A DNA stretch of 64,000 nt from the human T2T-CHM13v2.0 reference genome, Homo sapiens: the NCBI RefSeq assembly GCF_009914755.1, contig NC_060929.1; one strand, written 5' to 3'. The notes beneath the pieces were generated by a model that worked only from the letters and a program-made list of their open reading frames with translations, made no database searches and was not told the origin of the DNA. Within the stretch, counting starts at the first letter, position 1; the number at the start of each line of letters is the position of its first letter. Positions 30,328 through 52,166 of this stretch are shown piece by piece. Position numbers and translations under genes: made by a program.

Positions 30328-30730
30328 AGACAGCGTTTCACTCCGTTGCCCAGGCTGGAGTGCAGGGGCACGATCTCGGCTCGCTGCAACCTCCGCCTCC
30401 CGGTTCAAGCGATTCATGTGCCTCAGCCTCAAAAGTAGCCGGGATTACAGGTAATCCCAGCACTTTGGGAGGCGATGTCCGCTCACTATAACCTCCACCT
30501 CCCGGGTTCAAGCGATTCTCCTGCCTCAGTGTCCTGAGTAGCAGGAACTACAGGTGTGCGCCACCATGCTCGGCTAAATTTATTTTTATTTATTTATTTT
30601 TTATTTTTAGTAGAGATGAGGCCTTGCTATGTTGCTCAGGCTGGTCTCCGACTCCTGAGCTCAAGCAATCCTCCAGCGTCAGCCTCCCAAAGTGCTGGGA
30701 TTACAGGCCAAAAAGCATTATATTTGTTAC

Positions 30731-31465
<735 letters not shown>

Positions 31466-31568
31466 TAAACGCCAATTTTTAAGACTTATTAGGTGTTACT
31501 GACTCAATCTATTCTCTCAAATCATTGAGTCTCAAATCATTTGAGGGAGTTGGGGGTTGGTCAGACAC

Positions 31569-32457
<889 letters not shown>

Positions 32458-32510
32458 TGAGCCACAACGCCTAGATTTCTTTAAAATACCTTTTATTGGC
32501 CGGGCACGGT

Positions 32511-33592
<1,082 letters not shown>

Positions 33593-33612
33593 CTCTTTCC
33601 CTTTTTTGTATA

Positions 33613-34717
<1,105 letters not shown>

Positions 34718-34880
34718 TAAGTGAGAACATGGTATTTGACTTTCTTTGAATCCTGGCTTCCCCTGCTCAAGTGATCCTCCTGCCTCAGCATCCCGAGTAG
34801 CTGGGACCACAGACTTGTGCCACCATTCCTGGCTAATTTTTGTATTTTTATTTTATTGTATTCTATTTTATTTATTTTGA

Positions 34881-35033
<153 letters not shown>

Positions 35034-35470
35034 TAGTAGAGACGGGGTTCCACCATGTTGGCCAGGCTGGTCTCGAACTCCTAACCTCGTGATCCACCCA
35101 CCTTGGCCTCCCAAAGTGCTGGGATTACAGGCGTGAGCCACCGCGCCTGGCCAATTTTTGTATTTTTTTATGGAGACAGAGTCCTACTATGTTGGCCAGG
35201 CTGGTCTTGAACTCCTAGGCTCAGGCTGCAATAAACGTATGAATGCAGGTATCTTCTTTTTGGTATGGTGATTTCTTTTATATTTTCTTTTCTTTCTTTC
35301 TTTCTTTTTTTTTTCTTTTTTTTTTTTTTAGACAGGGTCTCATGCTCTTGCCCAGGTTGGAGTGCAGTGGTGCCATCATAGCTCACTGCAACATCAAACT
35401 CCTGTTCCCTGGTCTCCTGCCTCAGCTTCCCAAGTAGCTGGGACTACAGGCAAATGCCAACATGCCCAGC

Positions 35471-35872
35471 ATATATATATTATTATATATATAATATATA
35501 TATTTTATATATATATTATATATATTATATATAATATATATATTTTATATATAATATATATTATATATAATATATTATATTTTATATATTATATATACTA
35601 TATATTATATATATTATATATAATATATATATTATATATAAAATATAATATATTATATATAAAATATAATATATATTATATATAATATATATAAAATATA
35701 ATATATATTATATATAAAATATAATATATATTATATATAATATATATAAAATATAATATATATTATATATAATATATATAAAATATAATATATATTATAT
35801 ATAATATATATAAAATATATATATTATATATATACATGCCCAGCATATATATATATATTATATATATATAAA

Positions 35873-35904
<32 letters not shown>
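35471..35904. repeat. Almost pure A/T (TA-rich) tract ending in (GA)n, expanded in the linker of an AluJ
   Basis: Direct reading; internal higher-order unit ataaaatataatatatattat. Confidence 0.95.
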
Positions 35905-36450
35905 TGATAGAGTCTTGCTATGTTGCCCAGATTGTTCTTGTACTCCTGGGCCAAGGGATCCTCCCACCTCACGCTCCTAAAGTGCTGGGATTACAGGTTT
36001 GAGCCACTGTGCCCAGCCAACTATTTCTTTTCTTTTCCTTTGGGTAGATTGCCAGTAGTGGGATCACTGGGTCAAATGGTAGTTCTATTTTTAGTTCTTT
36101 GAGAAATCTCTAAACTATTTTCCATAGAGGTTGAACTAACTTACATTCCCACCTAGAATGTGTAAGTGTTCTGTTCTCTGCATTCTCACCATCAGTTATT
36201 TTTAGTCTATTTATTTATCTACTTATTTATTTTATAAACAAGGTCTTGTATGTCACCACACCTAGCTAATTTTCAATTTTTTTGTAGAAACAGGGTCTCA
36301 CCATGTTGCCCAGGCTGGTCTGGAACTATTGGGATCAAGAGGTCCTCCCCACTCAGCCTCCTAATGTGCTGGATTACAGGCTTGAGCCACTGAGCCTGCC
36401 CAGTCTTTTTAATAATAGCCATTCTAACGTGTAAGATGATATATCACTGA

Positions 36451-36662
<212 letters not shown>

Positions 36663-36935
36663 TAAAAAATATTTTTAGTAGAGACGGGGTTTGCCCCTGT
36701 TGGCCAGGCTGGTCTCAAACTCCTGACCTCAGGTGATCCACCCCCCTTGGCCTCGCAAAGTGCTAAGATTACAGGCGTGAGCCACATTGCCTAGCTGAAT
36801 TTTCACTTTTCTGATGATTAGTGATGTTGAGCATTTTTTCATGGGCTTGGTGGTCATTTGTATGTCTTCTTTTGAAAAATGTCTATTCATGTCCCTTGCC
36901 CACTTGCCTACTTTTTAATGGGATTATCTGTGGGA

Positions 36936-38120
<1,185 letters not shown>

Positions 38121-38299
38121 TGAGCCACCATGCCCAGCCTATTTATATCTTTTTTAAATAAATTGTTTGTCGTCTTTTGTTGAGTTGTTTGAGTCCTTTG
38201 TAAAATCTGGATATTAGTCCCCTGTTGGATTCACAGCTTGCAAATGTTTTCTCCCAATCTGCAGGTTGTCTCTTCACTCTTTTGACACCAGGTACTTAC

Positions 38300-38376
38300 A
38301 AAACATCAATTGCATAAAGATAATGAAAAGTTTTTAAGTTTTCATAACCAAATGTGAAAGAAAGGGATTTTCTGTC
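38300..38376 (-). pseudogene. Candidate 77-bp exon of the decayed gene
   Basis: ttacacAG acceptor, TTT|GTAAGT donor; open phase-0 frame DRKSLSFTFGYENLKTFHYLYAIDV. Confidence 0.5.
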
Positions 38377-38690
38377 CTGTGTAACACCCTCCACCCCCAA
38401 ATTTTTAATATAAGGCCCCAGAACTTATGCCATCAAAGGCAAACAATTTTAGCAAGAGAAAGGTTTATTTTCTGCTTGTAGATGCTGCAGATGAACCTGA
38501 ATGTTAAGGCCTGATGTCCTCCCAGGATGGAACCAGTGGCCGCAGTGTCAAGGACCCCTACTGTGTGGTGTATGTCAACAGGTTGGAGCCTGGAGTTTAT
38601 CAGGGAGAACAAATGGGTAGAAACTGGGAAAATAAAAGAGACCAGGGAGAGTGTCTCTCTCATGGCATACTGTGACCACTCATGACATAC

Positions 38691-38816
38691 CTGTGAGTAC
38701 TAAAGGCAACTCAACGGCAAAAGAAATGTTTTACATAGTACAAGTGTTTTCAGGTTCAGCCAGCAAAAAGATTGGTTGCTTTCCAGTAGAGAACTGTTAT
38801 TCCACTCTTTCACAGG
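38691..38816 (-). pseudogene. Candidate 126-bp exon of the decayed gene
   Basis: gcttcacAG acceptor, CAG|GTATGT donor; phase 0-0 with one stop: PVKEWNNSSLLESNQSFCWLNLKTLVLCKTFLLPLSCL*YSQ. Confidence 0.55.
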
Positions 38817-39069
38817 CTGTGAAGCACCCACCCATAACAATAGTGGGCTTGGGACTGAAGGATAAATGGAGATCCCACATACCTTATGTCAAAATATTTA
38901 AAAGTTACAAGTTAAGCCAACAAACTGTTAAATAAAATATGTCTGTCAGGTCGGGTGCGGTGGCTCATGCCTGTAATCCCAGCACTTTGGGAGGCCGAGG
39001 AGGGTAGATCACCTGAGGTCAGGAGTTCGAGACCAGCCTAACCAACATGGGGAAACCCCGTCTCTACTA

Positions 39070-39228
<159 letters not shown>

Positions 39229-39338
39229 TCAAAAAAAAAAAAAAAAAAAAAAAAAAAGGCCAGGTGCAGTGGCTCATGCCTGTAATCGCAGCACTTTGGG
39301 AGGCCAAGGCAAGCAGATCACTTGAGGTCTGGAGTTCA

Positions 39339-39580
<242 letters not shown>

Positions 39581-39658
39581 TCACGCCTGTAATCCCAACA
39601 CTTTGGGAGGCCGAGGTGGGCAGATCACAAGGTCAGGAGATCGAGACCATCCTAGCTA

Positions 39659-39940
<282 letters not shown>

Positions 39941-41465
39941 TCAAGCAATCCTCCCACCTTGGCCCCCCAAAGTACTCCAATACAGGTGTGAGCCACCATG
40001 TCCAGCGTTTTAAATTTTTTTAGGCTTTACCCCTTAGTACTTCAGTGACTATTTCCTAAAGATAAAGACATTCTCAGCCGGGGGCGGTGGCTCACGCTTG
40101 TAATCCCAGCACTTTGGAAGGCCGAGGCGGGCGGATCACGAGGTCAGGAGATCGAGACCATCCTGGCTAACACGGTGAAACCCCGTCTCTACTAAAAATA
40201 CAAAAAATTAGCTGGGCGAGGTAGCGGGCGCCTGTAGTCCCAGCTACGCAGGAGGCTGAGGCAGGAGAATGACGTGAACCCCAGGGGGCGGAGCCTGCAG
40301 TGAGCCGAGATTGCACCACTGCACTCCAGCCTGGGTGAAAGAGCGAGATTCCGTCTCAAAAAAAAAAAAAAAAAAAAGATAAGGACATTCTCTTACATAA
40401 CCAGAAAGTCAGGAAATTATCATTGATACAATATTATTATTGATAATAGATCTTATTCAGATCTTTCCAGTTGTCCAAATAATGTTCTTTATGGCAAAAG
40501 AAATCCTACATCATGTATTGTGTTCAGTGAATATGTCTCTTTAGTTGTCTTTAATTGGAAACGATCAATTTCTTTTTTTTCTTTCATGACATTAATTTTT
40601 TTAATAGATATGGGGTCTTGCTATGTTGCTCAGGCTGGTCTCCAACTGCTGGCCTTAAACAGTTCTCCCACCTTAGCTTCCCAAAGTGCTGGGATTACAG
40701 GCATGAGCCACTACACCTGGCCAACATTAATATTTTTGAAAAATACTGGTCATTTATTTTCTAGAGTGTCCTTCAAGTTTGGGTTTGGCTGGAGCCTTAT
40801 GATTAAATTCAGAGGAGGTATTTTTGGCAAAAACTTCACAGAATTCTCAGTGCATTATATCCAGTAAGCACATGACGTCAATTTCTTCTGATCTGGTGAT
40901 TTTTAACTTTGATCTCAGGATAAGGATGTGTTTGCCAGTTTTCTCCACTGTAAGATAATTCTATTTTTCTCTTTATAAGTAAGATTGTAGGGAGCCACAT
41001 GTTTCAGATGCTAGGCCTGATTTCTTCATCTTCGTGGTAGGAATAATAGTGTATATGAGGCTTTTCAGGCTATGACTCCAGCTCACATTCTCACCTGCTG
41101 AGCAGCTGGAGCTACAGGCATGCACCACCATTCCTAGTTAATTATTGTATATTTTATAGACACAGGGTTTTGCCATGTTGCCCAGGCTGGTCTTGAACTC
41201 CTGGGCTCAAGTCATCCACTCACCTCAGCCTCCCAAAATGCTGAGATTACAGCTATGAGCCACCATGCCAAAGCATTTTCCAAATATTGTCAATCCCTAG
41301 TTGGTTGAATTCACAAATGCTGAACTCACAGAGAGGGAGGGCCCACTGCAGTTATGTAATGATCAGTAGACTGCAAATTTCTTGGGGATAGAATTGGGTT
41401 TTGTGTCTTGGAATATGTTAAATTGTTACTGTTTTCATTTTGTGTTATGTTTGTTTGTTTTTTGA

Positions 41466-41714
<249 letters not shown>

Positions 41715-42548
41715 TAGGTGTGAGCCACAGTGCCTGGCCTTTTTGTTTTTTGTTTGTTTGGTTGGTTTTTCTGGATGAATGAGTACCTAGGTAAGGAGAC
41801 ACCAGTAAAAATGATTTGCTTGGGTTTCAAGGCTTATATCAGATCACAGTCTCTAGGCTTACAGAATAATGCAATGTAAAATGAGCCCTACTGAAAAATA
41901 ACAATAGAGATATAAATCACCTCTTGATTCTAAATCAAACAATTTACAACTGGAAGAGATCCAATATTCAAATCTGCTATTTCATAATAGAAATGGAGGC
42001 ATATCGAGAGTAAAGGATCCCCAAGATGAAGCAGAGCTGGGACCACACCTCAAACTTTGTGTCCAAGCCATTTCACAGGGCTAAATTCTTTTCAGTTTTG
42101 ATCCAGCCCTTTACAAACACAAAAGAGGATGGATAAATTTCATGACCAGGAAAGATTTTCAGAGATACCAAATTAAGGTAGTTTCATTCATTTTTTTATT
42201 GAGGTAAAATTCACAGAAATAAAATGAACCATTAACCTTTTTTAAGTGTACAATTCAGTGGCATTTGCTGCACTAGTTTGTTGTTTCTTTTTCTCATATT
42301 AAAAAAATAAAAATTTCACACATGAAATTCCATTAGACCCTATCCCACTTAAGTTCTAGATAAAGAGTTATTTTCAGGAGGAGGATAGGTGAAAGCTTGT
42401 GTGGAGAAAGAATGTAATCAGTCCTCTCCTCTCTCCTCCCACACAGACTCCTTGGAAGGGGTAGATGCTGAGTTAACCCTTTAGTCAACACTGGCCAAAA
42501 ACAGTAAGTAACTCCTTCTTCAAGCATACTATTTTATTGGAGAAGTTT

Positions 42549-42581
<33 letters not shown>

Positions 42582-42588
42582 GTTAGGC

Positions 42589-44126
<1,538 letters not shown>

Positions 44127-44439
44127 GTACCTTGAGGATTTCGTCTTGGGTCTAAAAACAGCAGGGGGCAAAAAGCCTGGCAGCTTTGATGAGAGTTTTA
44201 GTTGACTCATCATCCAACTGAAAAGAGTGGGGGTGGTGACTATTTAGGAACCCTGTGTAGGTGGAAGTGGTTGGTTTGTCGTTGTGTCTGACTCTTGCTC
44301 AGGCTTCACAGTCAGAGTAGGTTCTACTTCTCACTTGAGGCCCGCCCCCAGATCCCCAGCCCACCAGGATTTCCCTTCAGTGGCGCTTGCATTGAAGGCT
44401 ACTTCTTTGGCTCCAAGCACAAAACCCAGGGATTTTTAG

Positions 44440-45135
<696 letters not shown>

Positions 45136-45518
45136 TAGTAGAGACGGGGTTTCACCATGTTGGCCAGGCTGGTCTCGAACTCCTGACCTCGTGATCTGCC
45201 CGCTTTGGCCCCCCAAAGTGTTGGGATTACAGGCCTGAGCCACCGCGCCTGGCTTTTTTCTTTTTTAAAATTTATTTTGATTTTTTATAGATACGCGGTC
45301 TTTCTATATTGCCAAAATTCTTGAGCTCAAGCAATCCACCCACCTCAGCCACCCAAAGTGTCGGAATTACAGGCATAAGCCACCAGGCCCACCCTGGTTG
45401 TTTTTAAAAATATATTCCTTGTTCAGTCTCCACAACTTCACTGTAGACTCTGTATTTGAAATATCTTTGTTTTTTCTTAACATACTACTTTTTATTTAAT
45501 TTGACAAATATATGTTAA

Positions 45519-45765
<247 letters not shown>

Positions 45766-46099
45766 TGATCCACCTGCCTCGGCCTCCCAAAGTGCTGGGA
45801 TTAAAGGCGTGAGCCACCGCGCCCGGCCCTAAATAAATGTTTTAAGTCCTTTCCCTGTGCATCAAATTTGTCAGACCTGTGTCCAATCTAAAGTTTAAGT
45901 CCACGTGGCTCTTAATCTCTCTGAGAAGAAAAGTCTAGTAGGGAAGATAAATGATATGCTCATTTGATAAATATTTATTGAACTTCCTAATAGCAGGAAT
46001 GATGCTAGGCACTAGGGATGCAAAGGTGAATTGGTCAGGGTTCTGGTGCTGGAGGACTCACTCAGTGTGGCGGGAATTGTCAGTTTCCGCTGACAATAA

Positions 46100-46865
46100 T
46101 GTTACCAGCGGAAGAGATCAGAGCCACCCTGAGTTACCAGCCACCTATCCAGCCTTACATCTGTATAGGTACGCAGCAACTTTGGTTCTTGCCTTCTCAG
46201 AAGAAAGAATTCTACTGAAGGGCATAAGGAGCGAGACAAGTTTCGGAGCAGGAATAGAAGTTTGTTTAAAACGGCTTTAGAATAGGAAAGAAGGAAAGCA
46301 CACTTGGAAGAGACCCAAAGAACAAAAAGGGAGAGTCAAGTGCCCCATTTAACTGTGATACTAGGACTTTTTTTTTGAGACGGAGTCTCCCTCTGTCACC
46401 AGGCTGGAGTGCAGCGGTGTGATTACAGGCATGAACCACCGCGCCCGGTGATACTAGGACTTGTATAAGCTCACCTCTTTCCCATGATTCTTCCCTTAGG
46501 GTGGGCTGCCCGCCTGCACAGTGCCCTCCTTACCCTTTGGAATTGAGCACAGCGCAGTGTGTTTAGGAGTCATAAGCATGCCTATCTGAGGCTTTCTTCC
46601 TTTTGCCGGTGGAGTTTACCTGGAAGATCATAATTCGCCATTTTTGCCTCTTAATATGCATGCCCAGGAAGTTTCTTCTCCCTGAGGCTTGCATTCAATT
46701 AACATTTCATATTAACAGGTGTGGACCCTCAGGAAATGCCTTTTCCCTGGCGCTGCCGAATTATCGCACTCGGAGAGGCAATGCCGTAATTGCTGATAGG
46801 CTTAGTGGGTGGGGGAGAGCCCTCTCCTGTCTGGCTCCTGCCTATCCAACTACCTGTAGGTAACA
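46100..46865 (-). mobile_element. ERV1 solo LTR (MER50-like)
   Basis: tgttacc...ggtaaca inverted termini and 4-bp TSD ataa (46096-46099, 46866-46869). Confidence 0.8.
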
Positions 46866-47047
46866 ATAAGACTCACTCACTGAACTTAACGAAAAAACCT
46901 CTAAGAGATGTTTGAAATTTGCATTTAGACCAGGAAATGTGTGGTCTTATAAGACATCCTCACAAAAACGTAGGACTAGGAGTTCTCTTAAGATCATCTA
47001 ACAATTATTTGAGTGATAAAGAACACTAGGCCAGGCCCAGTGACTCA

Positions 47048-47344
<297 letters not shown>

Positions 47345-47904
47345 TCAAGGCAGGCGGATCACGAGGTCAGGAGTTCAAGACAATCCTGGCCAACATAGTG
47401 AAACCCTGTCTCTGCTAAAAATACAAAAATTATCTGGGCGTGGTGGCACGTGCCTGTAATCCCAGCTACTTGGGAGGCTGAGGCAGGAGAATCACTTGAA
47501 CCAGAAAGTCGGAGGTTGCAGTGAGCCAAGATCGTGCTGCATCACTCCAGCCTGCCGGCAGAGCAAGACTCCGTCTCAAAAAAAAAAAACCAAAAAAAAA
47601 AACAAAACACTAATTGAGAGAGTAGAAGTCAATGAAAGGATGTTCTAGTTAGCTACAGGTTGGAACTCTAACCCAAATCACCATTTGCATTCTTAATATG
47701 CCCCCAGTTTCAGGCGATTTCTTTTTGGGCACACCAGAGATCAGACAAATGCCATAATGCCTACTCTGCCCCAAATGGGGATTTTCAGGTATAGCAAGTG
47801 TAAATATAGCTTTTTCCAGAAGAAGCGGGGTTGGGTGGGAGGGGCAAAATCACACAATTAATTTTCATGATAGAGATCCCAAGAAAGAAAGTGGAGGTGC
47901 TTAC

Positions 47905-47993
47905 TGTGATTTCAGTTTAATTAGAAACACATCCTGAATGTTAAGACAAAACCAAAATTGTTGGTTTCATTTGAACTTGAGAAGAATTGGAGA
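47905..47993 (-). pseudogene. Candidate 89-bp exon of the decayed gene
   Basis: agtctatAG acceptor, CA|GTAAGC donor; phase-0 frame SPILLKFK*NQQFWFCLNIQDVFLIKLKS with one TGA. Confidence 0.55.
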
Positions 47994-48201
47994 CTATAGA
48001 CTTAATTATGTTTCCCATCCCCATAGTAAACAATAAACACCTATTATGTTCTTCCAGAGTTAACCAAGTCTATGAGCCAATGTAATCAGTCCAATGAATG
48101 TGTTAGAATAGATACTACACATTTTGTGGGTGCTACTGCAGCTTGTATGTGTTGGCAGCAGTTCCGCTTTATTTCCTGCTGATTTTTTTTTTTTTTTGTA
48201 C

Positions 48202-48359
48202 CTTCACTGCCATATAATGATTTAGGACTTTTGCTTCCTGAGGTCAGTGAGAACATTCATATCTGATACTTAACTCCAGAAGAAGATTCTTGTTTAGTTA
48301 TGAGAAAGTGAATGGCTTTAGTGATGATTCGCAGAAATCTCCCAAGTGATGATGGAATT
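48202..48359 (-). pseudogene. Candidate 158-bp exon of the decayed gene
   Basis: ttatacttcctttcAG acceptor, AAG|GTACAA donor; phase 1 to phase 0: FHHHLGDFCESSLKPFTFS*LNKNLLLELSIRYECSH*PQEAKVLNHYMAVK. Confidence 0.6.
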
Positions 48360-48523
48360 CTGAAAGGAAGTATAACGTATTTTTACTTAAAAACAAAAAA
48401 ACAAAAAACAAAAAAACCCCACAAAAACTACCCAGGACAAAAAAAAAAAAACATTTAAGTTAACAGACCTCATATTTCCCCCAGAGTCCTTAAGTTATTT
48501 TCTAAAACATTGTGTTAACTTAC

Positions 48524-49062
48524 CTTCAAATAATTTAAAACACATCAGCTTTAAGAAAATGTGGCACATATACACCATGGAATACTATGCAGCCATAAAA
48601 AATGATGAGTTCATGTCCTTTGTAGGGACATGAATGAAATTGGAAATCATCATTCTCAGTAAACTATCGCAAGGACAAAAAACCAAACACCGCATGTTCT
48701 CACTCATAGGTGGGAATTGAACAGTGAGAACACATGGACACAGGAAGGGGAACATCACACTCTGGGGACTGTTGTGGGGTGGGGGGAGGGGGGAGGGATA
48801 GCATTAGGAGATACACCTAATGCTAAATGACGAGTTAATGGGTGCAGCGCACCAGCATGGCACATGTATACATATGTAACTAACGTGCACGTTGTGCACA
48901 TGTACCCTAAAACTTAAAGTGTAATAATTAAAAAACAAACAAACAAAAAAAACACATCAGCTGTAGCTGTTTGGAGTTCTTGTACTTCAGAAAGGACAGT
49001 GGGAAGTGGCAGATGACCGTATGATCTTTATTTTACCATAAGCCAGAAATTCTGTGTTAGCA
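48524..49062 (-). pseudogene. Candidate 127-bp exon interrupted by an L1PA insertion
   Basis: atattatttcAG acceptor, AAG|GTAAGT donor; after L1 removal reads ...KDHTVICHFPLSFLKYKNSKQLQLMCFKLFE, ending in phase 1. Confidence 0.6.
48551..48948 (+). mobile_element. 5'-truncated L1PA (L1PA3/4-like) 3' end
   Basis: aagaaaatgtggcacatatacaccatggaatactatgcagcc...tgtaccctaaaacttaaagt plus A tail; 14-bp TSD aaaacacatcagct (48537-48550, 48949-48962). Confidence 0.97.
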
Positions 49063-49675
49063 CTGAAATAATATCATATTAAATATTTGTGCTGTATTAT
49101 ATTAAATTAAATATTCTCTGGTCACAAGGGACTAAAAACTAAAACAGCTTAAGCAAAAAACAAAAACACAAGGGGGTAGAGGCACTACTAGAATACCAGA
49201 GCAACCCTGAATCCGAGGAAGAGTGGGAGACCAGGCCTCAAGGGGACAGAAGCCAGGGCACATCTGGAGAACTCTGTGAGCATGCACTCATGCAGAGACC
49301 TTCTCCTTAGAGTGCTGCCTCAAGCGCTTCTTCATCAAAATGTCTACTTCCTGGAAAAGAGAAGCTAATTGCTCCTTCTTTGCTCGGGGTCACCTCTGGG
49401 CCAGTGAGCCATGATAATATGATAGGATAGAACCACACAGCAGAAACAAGGCTGAGAAGCATCCACTCCTGAGGACACATCAGGAGATTCTCAGAGAGCA
49501 CTGGGGGCAGTGCATTGCCAACCACACATAGACTTTAATGTTATAATCATGTATTACAGCTAAAGGCAAGTTTTGCTTATTTTCTATATACAGTGATCAT
49601 CACATTAACTGACATGCTCTTTCCTAACATTCTATTATTCAGCCTTAAAAAAATTAGGCTGGACATGGTGGCTCA

Positions 49676-49966
<291 letters not shown>

Positions 49967-49969
49967 TTA

Positions 49970-50457
<488 letters not shown>

Positions 50458-50918
50458 CTACTTAAAGTGTATAGTTCAATGGGTTTTGGTATATAAAATT
50501 ATTAATTTTTAAAAATTGTGAAAAATAAAAATTATGGTAAAATATATGCAACAAAACTTGCCATCTTCACCGTTTTTAAGTGTACAATTCAGTGCCACTA
50601 CTTACATTTATGATGTTGTGCAACCATTAGCACTATTTCCAAACTTTTTCATCACACCAAACAAAACACTTAAGAATATTGCTCTATTATAACTAGGCCT
50701 TTTTTTTTTTTTTTTTTTTTTTGAGATGGGATCTCGCTGTGTCACTCAGGCTGGAGTGCAATGGTGCAATCATGGCTTCAAGGCTCACTGCAGCCTCGAC
50801 CTCCCAGGGTCAAGCCATCCTCCAACTTACCTCAGCCTCAGCTGGAAGTACAGGTGAAAGTCATCACGCCTGGCTAATTTTTATATTTATTTTTATTTTT
50901 CTAGAGAGAAGGCCTTGA

Positions 50919-51068
<150 letters not shown>

Positions 51069-51260
51069 TGAGTAGCTGGGACTACAGGTGTGAGCCATCA
51101 CGCCCAGCTAATTTTTGTATTTTTAGTAGAGATGGGGCTTCACAATGTTGGCCAGGATGGTCTCGATCTCTTGACCTCATGATCCGCCCACTTCGGCCTC
51201 TCAAAGTGCTGGGATTACAAGCATGAGCCACTGCGCCCGGCCTCCAGTTTTTTTTTTTTT

Positions 51261-51356
51261 AATGGAAGCTTCACAGATTTGCATTATACTTGCACAGGGA
51301 CCATGCTAATCTCTGTATCATTCCAATTTTAGTGTATGTACAGCCAAAGGGAGCAC
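51261..51356 (-). pseudogene. U6 snRNA retropseudogene (near full length, diverged)
   Basis: Reverse complement gtgctccctttggctgtacatacactaaaattggaatgatacagagattagcatggtccctgtgcaag...gtgaagcttccatt aligns to U6; A run at 51248-51260; no upstream PSE/TATA evident. Confidence 0.93.
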
Positions 51357-51908
51357 TATAATTAGGCTTAGACTAAAAGAGTTTTGTTTGTAAAAGAGGT
51401 TGTTTAATATCATCATCCTCTGCACATGGCTTTCCACCCCAGGTGTTCTTACAACCGCGTGCCTGAGCTTGGTACCTGAGCTGACAGCCACAGCCTTGCG
51501 GTGACTCCTGGCATGACCTGCAGGCTCCATTCTGCTCTGCTCCTCTCCACACCCAAAGAATGCAAGGCTGGAGCTCCTTTCTCTTCTGGAGACCTCAGGG
51601 ACAGAGGAAATGGCAGCAGGCACATTGGCCAGAGGCCTTCAGATACAAGCCCTGCATTTTGCAAAAGAGTTTTGCGGCCTAGACCTCGATAAAGGGATGA
51701 GGTTTCCCTTCACTATTTCCCAACTGCCAGTGAAAGCCACCTCTCCCCCCGGGGCCCCTTCTCTCTCCTGCCGCCCCTCCCACCTGTCCTCTGCAGCCTC
51801 CCCACTCCCCCGTGTGTCCTCCTGGACACACCTCCCTGGCTTACACTAAGGAAAAATATACACATAAATTAATGATCTTATCTTCAATTAGATGTCTTTT
51901 GTGAGTAG

Positions 51909-52166
<258 letters not shown>

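Noticed and set aside
30186-30491. Poly-His/Asn and poly-Met/Ile ORFs
   Set aside because: Translation of the (GAT)n(TAT)n microsatellite between Alus.
35362-35972. Ile/Tyr-rich ORFs
   Set aside because: Translation of the TA tract.
38482-38581. Plus-strand exon candidate (ttttctgcttgtAG...CAG|GTTGGA)
   Set aside because: Weak donor and no partner exons on that strand.
46876-46975. Additional minus-strand exon candidate next to the solo LTR
   Set aside because: GTGAGT donor present but acceptor poor and frame ambiguous; not counted in the gene model.
51420-51850. GC-richer non-Alu ORFs with possible splice sites
   Set aside because: Short overlapping ORFs on both strands, no recognisable product and no phase link to the neighbouring candidate exons.
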